Assembly (NCBI GenBank): GCA_964429875.1
Contig: CAYSDL010000002.1
Location: 5,270-69,269 of the forward strand
Length of the DNA: 64,000 nucleotides
From: an uncultured bacterium
GTDB taxonomy: Bacteria; Fidelibacterota; Marinisomatia; SCGC-AAA003-L08; D37C17
Direction: 5' to 3'
Shown: positions 9,071-18,495 of the stretch, piece after piece
Layout: every line of letters starts with the position of its first letter
How positions within the stretch are numbered: the first letter of the stretch is position 1
Translations under genes and position numbers: made by a program
Notes under the pieces: generated by a model
Seen by the model: only the letters and a program-made list of their open reading frames with translations
The model's database searches: none
What the model was told of the DNA's origin: nothing

Positions 9071-9721
9071 ATGAAACCATTATTGTTTATACCCTGCTAT
9101 AATCATACAGAGGAAATAAACAACTTAATATATAATATCAAAAAATATTATAATGAGCATATTCTTATAATTGATGATGGTTCAACAGATGATATACAAT
9201 TAAATCACTCTGAACATATCAAATTAATGAAAAATAAATTTAATAAAGGTAAAGGTTATTCTATACTTAAAGCTTCTAAATATATGCTTACTCATAATTA
9301 TACGCATATGATTGTTATGGACTCAGATAGCCAACATGATCCCTCAAAGCTCAAAGAATTTTTATCTATTGATCCTTCGATTAATTTAGTATATGGAAGA
9401 CGCGTTTTTAAAAAACCAATGCCTATAAGTAGAATATTTTCAAATACATTCACATCAGCAATAATTAGTATATTATGCAACAAGCGTATTTACGATGCTC
9501 AATGTGGATATCGTAGATATGCAGATATTTTTTTTAAAGACTACGAATATAATGAATTAGGATATCAATTTGAATCTGAAATATTACTTAAATGCATTAA
9601 TTCAAAATCAAATATCGAATATGTCAATATTCCAACAATTTATAATGGAAATATAAGCTCTATGAATTATATCACTGATACATTAAAGTTTTTAAGATGT
9701 ATATTAAAAAATATATTTTAA
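9071..9721 (+). CDS. Family 2 glycosyltransferase (polyprenol-phosphate sugar transferase-like)
   Basis: LFIPCYNHTEEI...ILIIDDGSTDD...NKGKGYS...MDSDSQHDP...AQCGYR is the typical GT2 A-fold motif order (DxD = DSD). Confidence 0.8.
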   Translation: MKPLLFIPCYNHTEEINNLIYNIKKYYNEHILIIDDGSTDDIQLNHSEHIKLMKNKFNKGKGYSILKASKYMLTHNYTHMIVMDSDSQHDPSKLKEFLSIDPSINLVYGRRVFKKPMPISRIFSNTFTSAIISILCNKRIYDAQCGYRRYADIFFKDYEYNELGYQFESEILLKCINSKSNIEYVNIPTIYNGNISSMNYITDTLKFLRCILKNIF

Positions 9722-9722
9722 A

Positions 9723-10205
9723 ATGAGGGAGTATTTCATAAACATACTAAGTATAATTGACAGTGAACATATAAAAATTTTCATATTATCAATGGCCCCA
9801 ATTACAGAATTACGTTTTTCAATTCCTTATGGTATATTGATTAAAGATATGAATCCAACTGAAGTTGTACTATTATCAATAATTGGAAATATTCTTATAG
9901 GATTAATCATTGTATATATAATCGGACCAATAATGAAATTTCTTCAAAATTTTTCAATATTTAATAATATTATAAATTATATTTTTAAAAGAACATTAAA
10001 AAAAGGAAAGATAGTAGATAGGATAAAATTTTGGGGACTCGTAATATTTGTAGGAATACCTTTTCCATTAACAGGTGTTTGGACAGGCTCTTTAGCTGCT
10101 TATCTATTTGGAATTCCTATTAAAACAACTACTTTTGCTATTGTAATTGGTGTATTAATAAGCACAACTATAGTAACTCTCCTAACTATTATCCCAACCC
10201 TATAA
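9723..10205 (+). CDS. Small membrane protein, COG2426 / putative small multidrug-export family
   Basis: Four predicted TM segments. APITELRFSIPYGI and GIPFPLTGVWTGSLAAYLFG resemble the PF06695 signature as I remember it. The start is 1 nt after the GT2 stop. Confidence 0.55.
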   Translation: MREYFINILSIIDSEHIKIFILSMAPITELRFSIPYGILIKDMNPTEVVLLSIIGNILIGLIIVYIIGPIMKFLQNFSIFNNIINYIFKRTLKKGKIVDRIKFWGLVIFVGIPFPLTGVWTGSLAAYLFGIPIKTTTFAIVIGVLISTTIVTLLTIIPTL

Positions 10206-10260
10206 AAATTTTATTTTTAAAAAAATATTAGTATATAATAATTAATAACTGTAATTTTTT

Positions 10261-10291
10261 GTGGTTTACAATGTAAACACATTTTACATTG
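10261..10291 (+). promoter_or_regulatory. csp leader element: overlapping inverted repeats giving two mutually exclusive hairpins
   Basis: 10264-10270 gtttaca / 10272-10278 tgtaaac is a perfect palindrome around 10271. Alternatively 10269-10277 caatgtaaa pairs with 10283-10291 tttacattg (9 bp, 5-nt loop). The SD aaggag is at 10308-10313 and the ATG at 10318. Confidence 0.35.
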
Positions 10292-10317
10292 AGTTTTAGT
10301 AATAACAAGGAGCAAGA

Positions 10318-10527
10318 ATGAGCGACAAGCTAAAAGGTACTGTCAAATGGTTCGATGCTAGAAAAGGATACGGCTTTATAGAAAAAGAAGACGGAACAGA
10401 TATATTCTGTCATTTTTCTGTAGTTAATATCGATGGATATAAAACATTAAAAGATGGACAAGCTGTAGAATTTGAAGTTGAATCAAATGATAAAGGTGAA
10501 AGAGCTACTAACGTTACCCCTCTTTAA
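10318..10527 (+). CDS. Cold-shock protein (CspA family, CSD)
   Basis: [28 protein letters not shown] carries the RNP1/RNP2 motifs. 69 aa. Strong SD aaggag. Confidence 0.95.
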   Translation: MSDKLKGTVKWFDARKGYGFIEKEDGTDIFCHFSVVNIDGYKTLKDGQAVEFEVESNDKGERATNVTPL

Positions 10528-10642
10528 TTTTTAATCAAAATACATATAATTCTTAGAATTAATCGATTATGTTCATATCGATATTGGAATTTTATTATAT
10601 AATAATTATTTACTATTTTACTTAATAAAATATAATGTTATT

Positions 10643-11080
10643 ATGTTGAATAAAGATAAATCAGAAAAAAAATTAAGCAAGTTACAAACAGATGTAATTA
10701 AAAATTGCGGCACAGAACCACCATTTAATAATGAATATTGGGATAATAAAAAGGAAGGTATTTATGTTGATGTTATTAATGGTGAGCCCTTATTTTGCTC
10801 TATACATAAATTTGATTCAGGAACAGGATGGCCTTCATTTTATGATGTAATTGACCATAACAATATAACAAAGCATAATGATTTTAAATTAGGATATCAA
10901 CGTACAGAAGTTAAATCTACAAAATCAAACTCTCACTTAGGACATGTTTTTGATGATGGCCCAAATAACAAACCAAGATATTGTATTAATTCCGCATCAT
11001 TAAAATTTATAGCAAAAGAGGATCTGCATAAAGAAGGTTATGAACATCTGGAACATTTATTCAATAAAGATAACAAATAA
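10643..11080 (+). CDS. msrB: Peptide-methionine (R)-S-oxide reductase MsrB (zinc-less form)
   Basis: [21 protein letters not shown] and [11 protein letters not shown]. The usual CxxC zinc motifs are absent (DVIN in place of the first CxxC). Confidence 0.9.
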   Translation: MLNKDKSEKKLSKLQTDVIKNCGTEPPFNNEYWDNKKEGIYVDVINGEPLFCSIHKFDSGTGWPSFYDVIDHNNITKHNDFKLGYQRTEVKSTKSNSHLGHVFDDGPNNKPRYCINSASLKFIAKEDLHKEGYEHLEHLFNKDNK

Positions 11081-12441
11081 TGTATTATAGCATATTTGAA
11101 TTATTTAAAATAGGCGTTGGCCCTTCAAGTTCACATACTGTTGGACCTATAAATGCTGCAAATTTGTTTTTAAATAGTATCTTGAAATCTGAACACATTA
11201 ACAACATAAAAAAAATAAATGTGGAATTAATGGGATCTTTAGCATACACAGCACATGGACACAAAACCATTGATGGTATATTAATTGGACTAACAGGAAC
11301 TTCTCCGGAGAGTGTAGATAAGAGGTCTTTTGAAAAAATTAAAAATATTAAAGATAATAAAAAAATACAGTTGACTAAAGAATGTATAATAACATTTAAA
11401 CCAGATGTAGATATAATTTTAAACAAAAATATTAATAAACGTGATAAATACAACAATGTTATGGTATTTAAATGTTTCTATTCACATAATGATGAACCAT
11501 ATGAAAAAACATATTATTCAATTGGCGGTGGATTTATTGTTGAGAAAGGCATTAAAGAAAAAAGAAAATCAATTACTTTTCCTTACAATTTTAATTCATC
11601 TAATGAACTTTTAAAGTTATGCAAGGACAATGATCTAAATATTTATGATATTATCATATCAAATGAGTTAGCATTAAATAAAAATATTAATAATTTAAAT
11701 TCAAAGGTGTTAAATCTCTGGGATGTAATGAATGATACAATAAAATCTGGCATATCCAAAACTGGAACTATTGATAAGATACTAAACGTAGAAAGACGGG
11801 CTAATAAACTTTACAATAAATTAAAAAGAAAAAATTACTATGATCCTTTAGAAGTCTTAGATTGGGTAAATATATTTGCGATATCTACATGTGAAGAAAA
11901 TGCCTCAGGATCAAAAATTGTTACAGCGCCAACAAATGGAGCGGCTGGAATTATCCCTGCAGTATTAAAATATTATAAAAAATTTACAAATGATTCAAAT
12001 GACGAAGGAATCATAAGATTCCTAGCAACATCAGCAGCTATAGGCATACTTTTCAAAAACAATTCTAGTATATCTGGAGCTGAAGTTGGATGTCAAGGAG
12101 AGGTAGGCGTTGCATGTTCTATGGCAGCAGCAGGTCTTACGGCTGCTCTTGGTGGTACTTCAATGCAGATAGAAAATGCTGCTGAAATTGGGATGGAACA
12201 CAATTTAGGTCTTACATGCGACCCAATAAAAGGCCTTGTTCAAATACCATGTATTGAAAGAAATTCTATGGGTGCAATTAAAGCAATTAATGCTTCAAGA
12301 CTTGCTCTAAGTGGAAGCGGTGAACATAAAGTAACATTAGATCAAGTTATTAAAACTATGAATGAAACTGGAAAATCAATGAACAGCATATATAAGGAAA
12401 CAGCTTTAGGTGGACTAGCTGTAAATGTAATTGAATGTTGA
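11080..12441 (+). CDS. sdaA: L-serine ammonia-lyase (iron-sulfur type, single-chain)
   Basis: [15 protein letters not shown] at the N-terminus. [32 protein letters not shown] and [19 protein letters not shown]. Confidence 0.92.
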   Translation: MYYSIFELFKIGVGPSSSHTVGPINAANLFLNSILKSEHINNIKKINVELMGSLAYTAHGHKTIDGILIGLTGTSPESVDKRSFEKIKNIKDNKKIQLTKECIITFKPDVDIILNKNINKRDKYNNVMVFKCFYSHNDEPYEKTYYSIGGGFIVEKGIKEKRKSITFPYNFNSSNELLKLCKDNDLNIYDIIISNELALNKNINNLNSKVLNLWDVMNDTIKSGISKTGTIDKILNVERRANKLYNKLKRKNYYDPLEVLDWVNIFAISTCEENASGSKIVTAPTNGAAGIIPAVLKYYKKFTNDSNDEGIIRFLATSAAIGILFKNNSSISGAEVGCQGEVGVACSMAAAGLTAALGGTSMQIENAAEIGMEHNLGLTCDPIKGLVQIPCIERNSMGAIKAINASRLALSGSGEHKVTLDQVIKTMNETGKSMNSIYKETALGGLAVNVIEC

Positions 12442-15065
12442 ACATCAAAAATGAATTAATAATTCTATCAGTAGTATCAATAGTTATAATCTTTATTTCA
12501 ATTAATTTTAATGATAATGAAAGAAAATCATACGAAAATTTTCTATTAAATAAATATAAAGATATACCAAGTTATAGCAAAGAAGAATTAAAGAATATCC
12601 CTAAACCCGAACATCCAGATTTAGCCTCTTATCAAAATTATTTTATGACTTTAGATCCTGCGCTTGGAATTGTCCCATTAGAAAGATTAAAAGAAGCATT
12701 TAACTATACCATTTCATTAAATCCCGACAATAGATCTATAAGCTGGACAAACACTATGTCAAACATGGGAGGCAGAACAAGATGTTTAAAGTATGATCCC
12801 AGTGATTCTGATAGAAAGAAAGTATGGGCAGGTGGTGTTACTGGTGGACTATGGTATAACAATGACATTACAGATGAAACATCATTATGGAACAATGTTG
12901 ATGACCTTTGGGACAACCTAGTTGTGAGCAGTATAGCATTCGATCCTAATAATCCAGATATAATATATGTTGGTACAGGTGAAGCTAATACAGCCATTAT
13001 CACCTATCGTGAAAGTTCTGGAAGAGGCATAGGATTATGGAAAAGTGTTGATGGAGGGATAAATTGGACATTACTAGAATCAACATCAAATTTTGCTTAT
13101 ATAACAGATATTGAAATAAATAACAATTCTGATGTTTATATAGGTGTTGTCTCTGGTACATATTATGGAGTACATGAAAGTTTGCCAAGCGATGGATTGT
13201 ATAAATCAAACAATGGTGGAATCACATGGGAACAGGTATTACCTAATATCCCAAATGATAATACTCCTTACGCAGTTTCTGATATTGAAATTACATCTGA
13301 CAGCAAAATTTTTATTGGCACAATGAAAAATATTAATGGAAATGGTGGTTCATTTATTCTACATAGTGAATCCGGTGATATTGGAACCTGGGTTACTTAC
13401 AGCGATATTAACAACATTATACTTAATCAAGAAGAATTTAATATCCCGGGTAGAGTCGTTGTAACATCATCAATAACTAACCCAAACATATTATATGCTG
13501 TATTTGGATCTGGATATGTAAATAATTATGGATTTAATTATTCTTATGGAAACCATATAATTAAATCAGAAAACGCTGGTCAATCATGGACATTAACTAA
13601 CATACCTAACAATTACGACAATCATACTTGGGCTACTCTTGCATGGCATGCCTTGACTATCGAAATTGATCCCATTGATGAAAACACCCTATATGTAGGC
13701 GGTTTAGACTTACATAAATCAACTAATAGTGGCAATTCATGGACAAAGCTCTCAAATTGGGCCCTTATGTATGAGGGTGGAGGGGATCAATATGTTCATG
13801 CCGATATTCATTCAATAACCTTTAGAAATAATAGCTCAAATGAATTTACTGTCACATCAGATGGAGGTATATTTCATACAATAAATGCTTCTTCAGAAAA
13901 TATAATCTTTTCTGAACATAATAATGGCTACAATACTTTACAATATTACACAGGCGCTATATATCCAGAATCTAATAATAATATTTTTATTGGTGGACTC
14001 CAGGATAATGGAACATTGTTATATTCCGATCAGAATATATATGAATTTCCTGGTGGCGCATTAACAACTAATAATATGATAAGTGGGGGAGATGGAGCAT
14101 ATTGCTTTTGGGATAAAAATGAACCAGAAATATTACTTACATCAACTTATTATAATAGATATTATTTATTTATTAATGGTGTTTATACAAACTATTTCAA
14201 TGGAAATAATGGAATCTTTATCAATCCTGCAGATTATGATTTTAATACAAATAAATTATATGCTAATGCTGTTAGATTTGATGGAACTGCTCAAAATCGA
14301 CTTTTTGTTATTTCAAATGTAGATTCAAACCCTACAGAAGGAAATATAAATCTTTCTACCAATACTGGAGTCCCTTTTTCACATATAAAATATTCGCATC
14401 ATTCAGAAGATGATGCTACACTATTTGTAAGCTCACAATCTGGATATCTTTATAAGGTAGAATTTGATGATGATGATTTTATTGTAAATAATATTACAGG
14501 CAATGATTTTCCAAATGGAAATATTTCTTCTATATCTATTGGAGGTTCTGAAGATACTCTTCTTGTAACATTTTCTAATTATGGCACACCTTCATTATGG
14601 TTAACAACTAATGGTGGAGACGCCTGGGAAAATAAAGATGGGAATTTACCTGATATGCCCATAAGATCTTCATTGTTTCATCCTCAATCTTCTTTAAATG
14701 CATTAATTGCAACAGAAATCGGAGTATGGGGGACATCAAACATCCTTAATGAAAATGTATCTTGGTCACCGTATTCAAATGGTCTTGCAAATGTAAGAGT
14801 AGATATGTTAAATATTCGAAGTTCTGATAATATGGTTTTAGCATCAACTCATGGAAGAGGTCAGTTTTATGGTATCTATGAAGCAGTTCAAGATATATAT
14901 CTTGGTGATATAAACTATGATAATGAACTAAATGTTTTAGATGTTGTTTTGCTCGTTAATATGATCTTAGATGATTCATTTAATATAAGTGGCGATTTAA
15001 ATAGTGATATGCTAAATAATGTGCTAGATGTAGTTTTACTTGTAAATTTAATATTGAATAATTAA
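12435..15065 (+). CDS. Secreted BNR/Asp-box beta-propeller protein (sortilin/VPS10- or GH74-like) with C-terminal dockerin-like module
   Basis: N-terminal signal anchor LIILSVVSIVIIFISI. Five Asp-box motifs (KSVDGGINWT, KSNNGGITWE, KSENAGQSWT, KSTNSGNSWT, TTNGGDAWE). Dockerin-like tail. Confidence 0.8.
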   Translation: MLNIKNELIILSVVSIVIIFISINFNDNERKSYENFLLNKYKDIPSYSKEELKNIPKPEHPDLASYQNYFMTLDPALGIVPLERLKEAFNYTISLNPDNRSISWTNTMSNMGGRTRCLKYDPSDSDRKKVWAGGVTGGLWYNNDITDETSLWNNVDDLWDNLVVSSIAFDPNNPDIIYVGTGEANTAIITYRESSGRGIGLWKSVDGGINWTLLESTSNFAYITDIEINNNSDVYIGVVSGTYYGVHESLPSDGLYKSNNGGITWEQVLPNIPNDNTPYAVSDIEITSDSKIFIGTMKNINGNGGSFILHSESGDIGTWVTYSDINNIILNQEEFNIPGRVVVTSSITNPNILYAVFGSGYVNNYGFNYSYGNHIIKSENAGQSWTLTNIPNNYDNHTWATLAWHALTIEIDPIDENTLYVGGLDLHKSTNSGNSWTKLSNWALMYEGGGDQYVHADIHSITFRNNSSNEFTVTSDGGIFHTINASSENIIFSEHNNGYNTLQYYTGAIYPESNNNIFIGGLQDNGTLLYSDQNIYEFPGGALTTNNMISGGDGAYCFWDKNEPEILLTSTYYNRYYLFINGVYTNYFNGNNGIFINPADYDFNTNKLYANAVRFDGTAQNRLFVISNVDSNPTEGNINLSTNTGVPFSHIKYSHHSEDDATLFVSSQSGYLYKVEFDDDDFIVNNITGNDFPNGNISSISIGGSEDTLLVTFSNYGTPSLWLTTNGGDAWENKDGNLPDMPIRSSLFHPQSSLNALIATEIGVWGTSNILNENVSWSPYSNGLANVRVDMLNIRSSDNMVLASTHGRGQFYGIYEAVQDIYLGDINYDNELNVLDVVLLVNMILDDSFNISGDLNSDMLNNVLDVVLLVNLILNN
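14901..15062 (+). other. Dockerin-like C-terminal module 5
   Basis: LGDINYDNELNVLDVVLLVNMIL-DDSFNIS-GDLNSDMLNNVLDVVLLVNLILNN, then stop. Confidence 0.7.
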
Positions 15066-15074
15066 TATAATATT

Positions 15075-15416
15075 ATGTCAACAATATTTAATAAAATTAT
15101 AAATAAAGAAATTAATGCTAATATTTTATATGAAGATGATATTTGCATAGCATTTTACGACATATCGCCACAGGCACCAATTCATTTTCTTATAATCCCT
15201 AAAAAAGAAATTAAAACTATAAATAATATTAAAAATGAAGATAAAGATATGATTGGACATTTATTTATTATAGCTAAGGATTTAGCTAGAAAATTAAACA
15301 TTAATGAAGATGGTTATAGAATTGTATTTAATTGCAATGAAAATGCTGGACAAACTGTATTTCACATACATATGCATGTATTAGGGGGGAGGAAATTATT
15401 ATGGCCTCCAGGATAA
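15075..15416 (+). CDS. HIT-family (histidine triad) nucleotide-binding protein
   Basis: The histidine triad HIHMHVLGG lies near the C-terminus, with APIHFLIIPKK upstream. 113 aa. Confidence 0.9.
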   Translation: MSTIFNKIINKEINANILYEDDICIAFYDISPQAPIHFLIIPKKEIKTINNIKNEDKDMIGHLFIIAKDLARKLNINEDGYRIVFNCNENAGQTVFHIHMHVLGGRKLLWPPG

Positions 15417-16081
15417 ATACGGGAAGATTGATATTAGTAAGACATGGTCAATCGATATATAATCTTGAAAATAGATTTACTGGATGGAAGGATGTTCCTC
15501 TAACAAAACTTGGAGAAAAAGAAGCACATCAAGCTGGAAAATTATTATCCAATATCAATTTTAGTTTTGCATTTACTTCGAAGTTAAAAAGAGCACAAAA
15601 TACATTAAATACTATTCTTAGTTACAACAAATCTAACCCAGAAATAATTGAAAATATTGCTTTAAATGAAAGGGATTATGGTGATTTGATCGGACAAAAT
15701 AAATCAGAAGCGGCACTAAAATTTGGAAATAAACAAGTACAAATATGGAGAAGAAGTTACGACACGCCACCACCTGGTGGTGAGTCATTAAAAATGACCT
15801 GCGATCGAACTGTGCCATATTTTAAAAAACATATACTTTCTAAAATACCAAACAATAATATTATTATCTCAGCACACGGGAACAGTATCCGGGCTATTAT
15901 AAAATATTTATTTAATTATAATAAAAATGATATATTAAAAACAGAAGTTGGCTGGTGTGAGCCTTGGATTATTGTATTACATGATAATAAGGTTCAAAAA
16001 TTTAATATTCTAAATAGAGAAGGAAGTAAAAGCATGAGTTTTATTCCAAAAGATCCTATATTATCAACGGAGGTGAAATGA
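15401..16081 (+). CDS. gpmA: 2,3-bisphosphoglycerate-dependent phosphoglycerate mutase
   Basis: LILVRHGQSIYNLENRFTGWKDVPLT, ERDYGDL, WRRSYDTPPPGGESL and SAHGNSIRA. Confidence 0.9.
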   Translation: MASRINTGRLILVRHGQSIYNLENRFTGWKDVPLTKLGEKEAHQAGKLLSNINFSFAFTSKLKRAQNTLNTILSYNKSNPEIIENIALNERDYGDLIGQNKSEAALKFGNKQVQIWRRSYDTPPPGGESLKMTCDRTVPYFKKHILSKIPNNNIIISAHGNSIRAIIKYLFNYNKNDILKTEVGWCEPWIIVLHDNKVQKFNILNREGSKSMSFIPKDPILSTEVK

Positions 16082-16800
16082 AAATTTTATTACTTATATT
16101 AACATTAGCTTATTGCTCAGAAGAAACGACAAATAAATATTTTGGTGGATGGCCTATTAATGAGTCTAAAGATGATATTATTGGATCGGATCTCGATTAT
16201 GATTGTCCAAATAGTATAGGATGTGAATGTAATAATAATCAAGATTGTATTAATAAAAATTGTATCAAATCACCACGTGGATCATTTTGCTATCCCAAAA
16301 CAGGTGATATATTCCCAGAATTTATATCAATAGACCAATACGATGAGCTCGTAAATATATATGATTTTGCAAATCAAGGTAAATATATTTTAATCGAATT
16401 AGGTACAGCCTGGTGCTCTCCTTGTAATATCTTAGCAAATTGGCTTGCCTATGATGATAAAGAAATCACAACAAAAAGCTTTTGGAAACCAGAATATCAG
16501 AAAATATATGATATGGTACATAATGGTGATATTTACTTTATAACAATTTTATATGAAGATGAAAACAGAAATAATGCAACCTATGATACTATATATGAAT
16601 GGTTTGATAATTATCCTGATGAAAGCATTCCTTTATTAATTGATTCTAATAAATCATTACATACTTGGGCTAAACCAACTGGCATTCCAGCTATCACTTT
16701 ATTAGATGATAATATGAAGATTGTAAATTTTTCATCAAGAGGTTTAAATGAATCATTTGATATCTTACTTACACTAATAAACAACGATGAAAACAAATAA
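16078..16800 (+). CDS. Thioredoxin-fold (TlpA/redoxin-like) lipoprotein with Cys-rich N-terminal region
   Basis: Lipobox-like [13 protein letters not shown]. Cys-rich [32 protein letters not shown]. Redox motif GTAWCSPCN. Confidence 0.65.
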   Translation: MKILLLILTLAYCSEETTNKYFGGWPINESKDDIIGSDLDYDCPNSIGCECNNNQDCINKNCIKSPRGSFCYPKTGDIFPEFISIDQYDELVNIYDFANQGKYILIELGTAWCSPCNILANWLAYDDKEITTKSFWKPEYQKIYDMVHNGDIYFITILYEDENRNNATYDTIYEWFDNYPDESIPLLIDSNKSLHTWAKPTGIPAITLLDDNMKIVNFSSRGLNESFDILLTLINNDENK

Positions 16801-17710
16801 TCTTTTATATAATGAAACAAAACTATATCTAGCTTATCTTCAATTTGAAAGAAAATTATCCATAAATACTATTAATGCGTATTGGCTTGATTTAAAATTT
16901 TATATCAATTATTTAAATGAAGCTTACAATATAGATGATTTCAACAATATTAAAAGGACACATTTAAAAAACTATATTCAGTCATTAAGTAAAATAAAAA
17001 ATAATACAACAAAAGAAAATGCTACTTTAAATCGCACTGTATCTAGTATCAAAAATTTTCATAAATATTTATTATTAAATAATAAATGTAAAAACGACCC
17101 TTCTAAAGTTTTAAAGTCAATAAAATTAAAACAAACACTTCCAAAAATTTTAAATGTTGAAGAAATTGACTCTATTGTTAATTCAATCGACGAATTATCA
17201 AAAAATGGAATTAGAGACAAATCAATTATTATGATTTTATATTCTAGTGGGCTTAGAGTATCTGAGCTTATTAATTTAACTTTGACTAATTTCTTTATCG
17301 AAGAGGAAATATTGCGCATCATAGGCAAGGGAGACAAAGAACGAATAGTTCCTATAGGCTATAAAGCAAAAATTGTTTTATTAAAATATATAAATGAAAT
17401 TAGACCACAATATTCTAAACGAAGCGAAACTAAAGGAATAATATTATTAAGTAATAGAGGCAAACCATTATCAAGAAAAACAGTATGGAATATTATAAAA
17501 AGAGTTGTTAATAATTCAGACATACATAAAGATATATCACCTCATACATTTAGACATAGCTTTGCATCTCATTTACTCGAAGGTGGGGCAGATTTAAGAG
17601 TTGTTCAAGAACTATTAGGGCATTCAAGTATATCAACAACGCAAATATATACTCACTTAGATAAATCATATTTAAAAGAAATTCATAAAGAATTTCATCC
17701 TCGAGGTTAA
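16787..17710 (+). CDS. xerD: Tyrosine site-specific recombinase XerD/XerC (chromosome dimer resolution type)
   Basis: [50 protein letters not shown] cannot separate XerC from XerD by eye. Confidence 0.85.
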   Translation: MKTNNLLYNETKLYLAYLQFERKLSINTINAYWLDLKFYINYLNEAYNIDDFNNIKRTHLKNYIQSLSKIKNNTTKENATLNRTVSSIKNFHKYLLLNNKCKNDPSKVLKSIKLKQTLPKILNVEEIDSIVNSIDELSKNGIRDKSIIMILYSSGLRVSELINLTLTNFFIEEEILRIIGKGDKERIVPIGYKAKIVLLKYINEIRPQYSKRSETKGIILLSNRGKPLSRKTVWNIIKRVVNNSDIHKDISPHTFRHSFASHLLEGGADLRVVQELLGHSSISTTQIYTHLDKSYLKEIHKEFHPRG

Positions 17711-17712
17711 TT

Positions 17713-18372
17713 GTGGGAATAATTCGATATTTAGATAGTGATCCAATTTTATTTATATCTTTAGTGATATGTTTAATATTTTCTTTATGTTTTCATGAAT
17801 ATGCTCATGGTATTACAGCATATTATTATGGTGATGATACAGCATATAATTACGGCAGATTAACTTTGAATCCACTAGCACATTTAGATCCAATTGGTTC
17901 TTTAATGATATTATTTATTGGAATAGGATATGCAAAACCTGTGCCAGTAAATCAAAGCAAACTAAAGAATCCACGTTCTGATATTATTAAAGTTGCTGCT
18001 GCAGGACCCATATCAAACTTAATACTATGTTTTCTTGGCATATTAACATTTCATATTATCAAAGCAACTCCTGGAAATACAATTTATTTGTTCCTTCAAA
18101 TATTTATTTCAATTAATGCTGCTCTTGCAGTGTTTAATTTAATACCAGTTTACCCTTTAGATGGAGGTCAAATATTTGGGAATTTATTTATAAACAAATA
18201 TCCAAATATATCAAGGAATCTATTAATATATGGTCCAAAAGCACTCTTAGCTGTAATATTAATTGGATTATTAACCGGATATTCAATTTTATGGGTAATA
18301 ATAGGTCCAATTATTGAGTTCATAATAAATTCATTTGAAACTATAATAATATTATTTTTAAGCATATTTTAA
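17713..18372 (+). CDS. M50-family (site-2 protease-like) zinc metallopeptidase
   Basis: GTG start. HEYAHG (HExxH) sits in a TM segment. NLIPVYPLDGGQI is the second conserved motif. Confidence 0.8.
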   Translation: MGIIRYLDSDPILFISLVICLIFSLCFHEYAHGITAYYYGDDTAYNYGRLTLNPLAHLDPIGSLMILFIGIGYAKPVPVNQSKLKNPRSDIIKVAAAGPISNLILCFLGILTFHIIKATPGNTIYLFLQIFISINAALAVFNLIPVYPLDGGQIFGNLFINKYPNISRNLLIYGPKALLAVILIGLLTGYSILWVIIGPIIEFIINSFETIIILFLSIF

Positions 18373-18495
18373 ATGAATTTTAAACAACTAAGAGATAATA
18401 GTTGGAAGTATACTGCAAATTATAAAAAACTTTTTATCAATATTTGCATATTAATAGTTATAATCATATTAATTAATTATATAGGGAAGATATGA
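18373..18495 (+). CDS. Unlisted 40-aa single-pass membrane peptide ORF, stop overlapping the ftcD start (ATGA)
   Basis: Hand translation gives MNFKQLRDNSWKYTANYKKLFINICILIVIIILINYIGKI. It begins 1 nt after the M50 gene stop. Its TGA (18493-18495) overlaps the ATG (18492-18494) of the next gene. It is below the ORF-track size cutoff. Confidence 0.35.
   Translation: MNFKQLRDNSWKYTANYKKLFINICILIVIIILINYIGKI

Noticed and set aside
10528-10642. Possible terminator or small ORF ([18 protein letters not shown]) between csp and msrB. Includes the short palindrome taattc-tta-gaatta.
   Set aside because: The stem is 6 bp, all A/T-rich, and has no U-tract. The 18-aa ORF has no SD and is low-complexity. 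Neither is distinguishable from background.
13144-14322. Same-strand out-of-frame ORFs (13144..13326, 14083..14322) inside the BNR propeller gene. Analogous ORFs occur at 41399..42148, 46624..46809, 48171..48362, 48988..49191, 50084..50326, 50946..51185, 55095..55295, 59127..59465, 60469..60699 and 63123..63311.
   Set aside because: They are embedded in well-supported genes (Asp-box protein, cyclase, dcp, leuS, gcvPA, dnaK, clpC/lolD, lolC, lysS), are short, and have no motifs or ribosome-binding context.
16787-17710. Tyrosine recombinase as a possible marker of an integrated mobile element or genomic island.
   Set aside because: The sequence has the XerC/XerD-type catalytic region and is packed (14-nt overlap, 2-nt gap) between housekeeping genes. 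I could not see a tRNA, direct repeats, phage or transposon genes, or a composition shift nearby.
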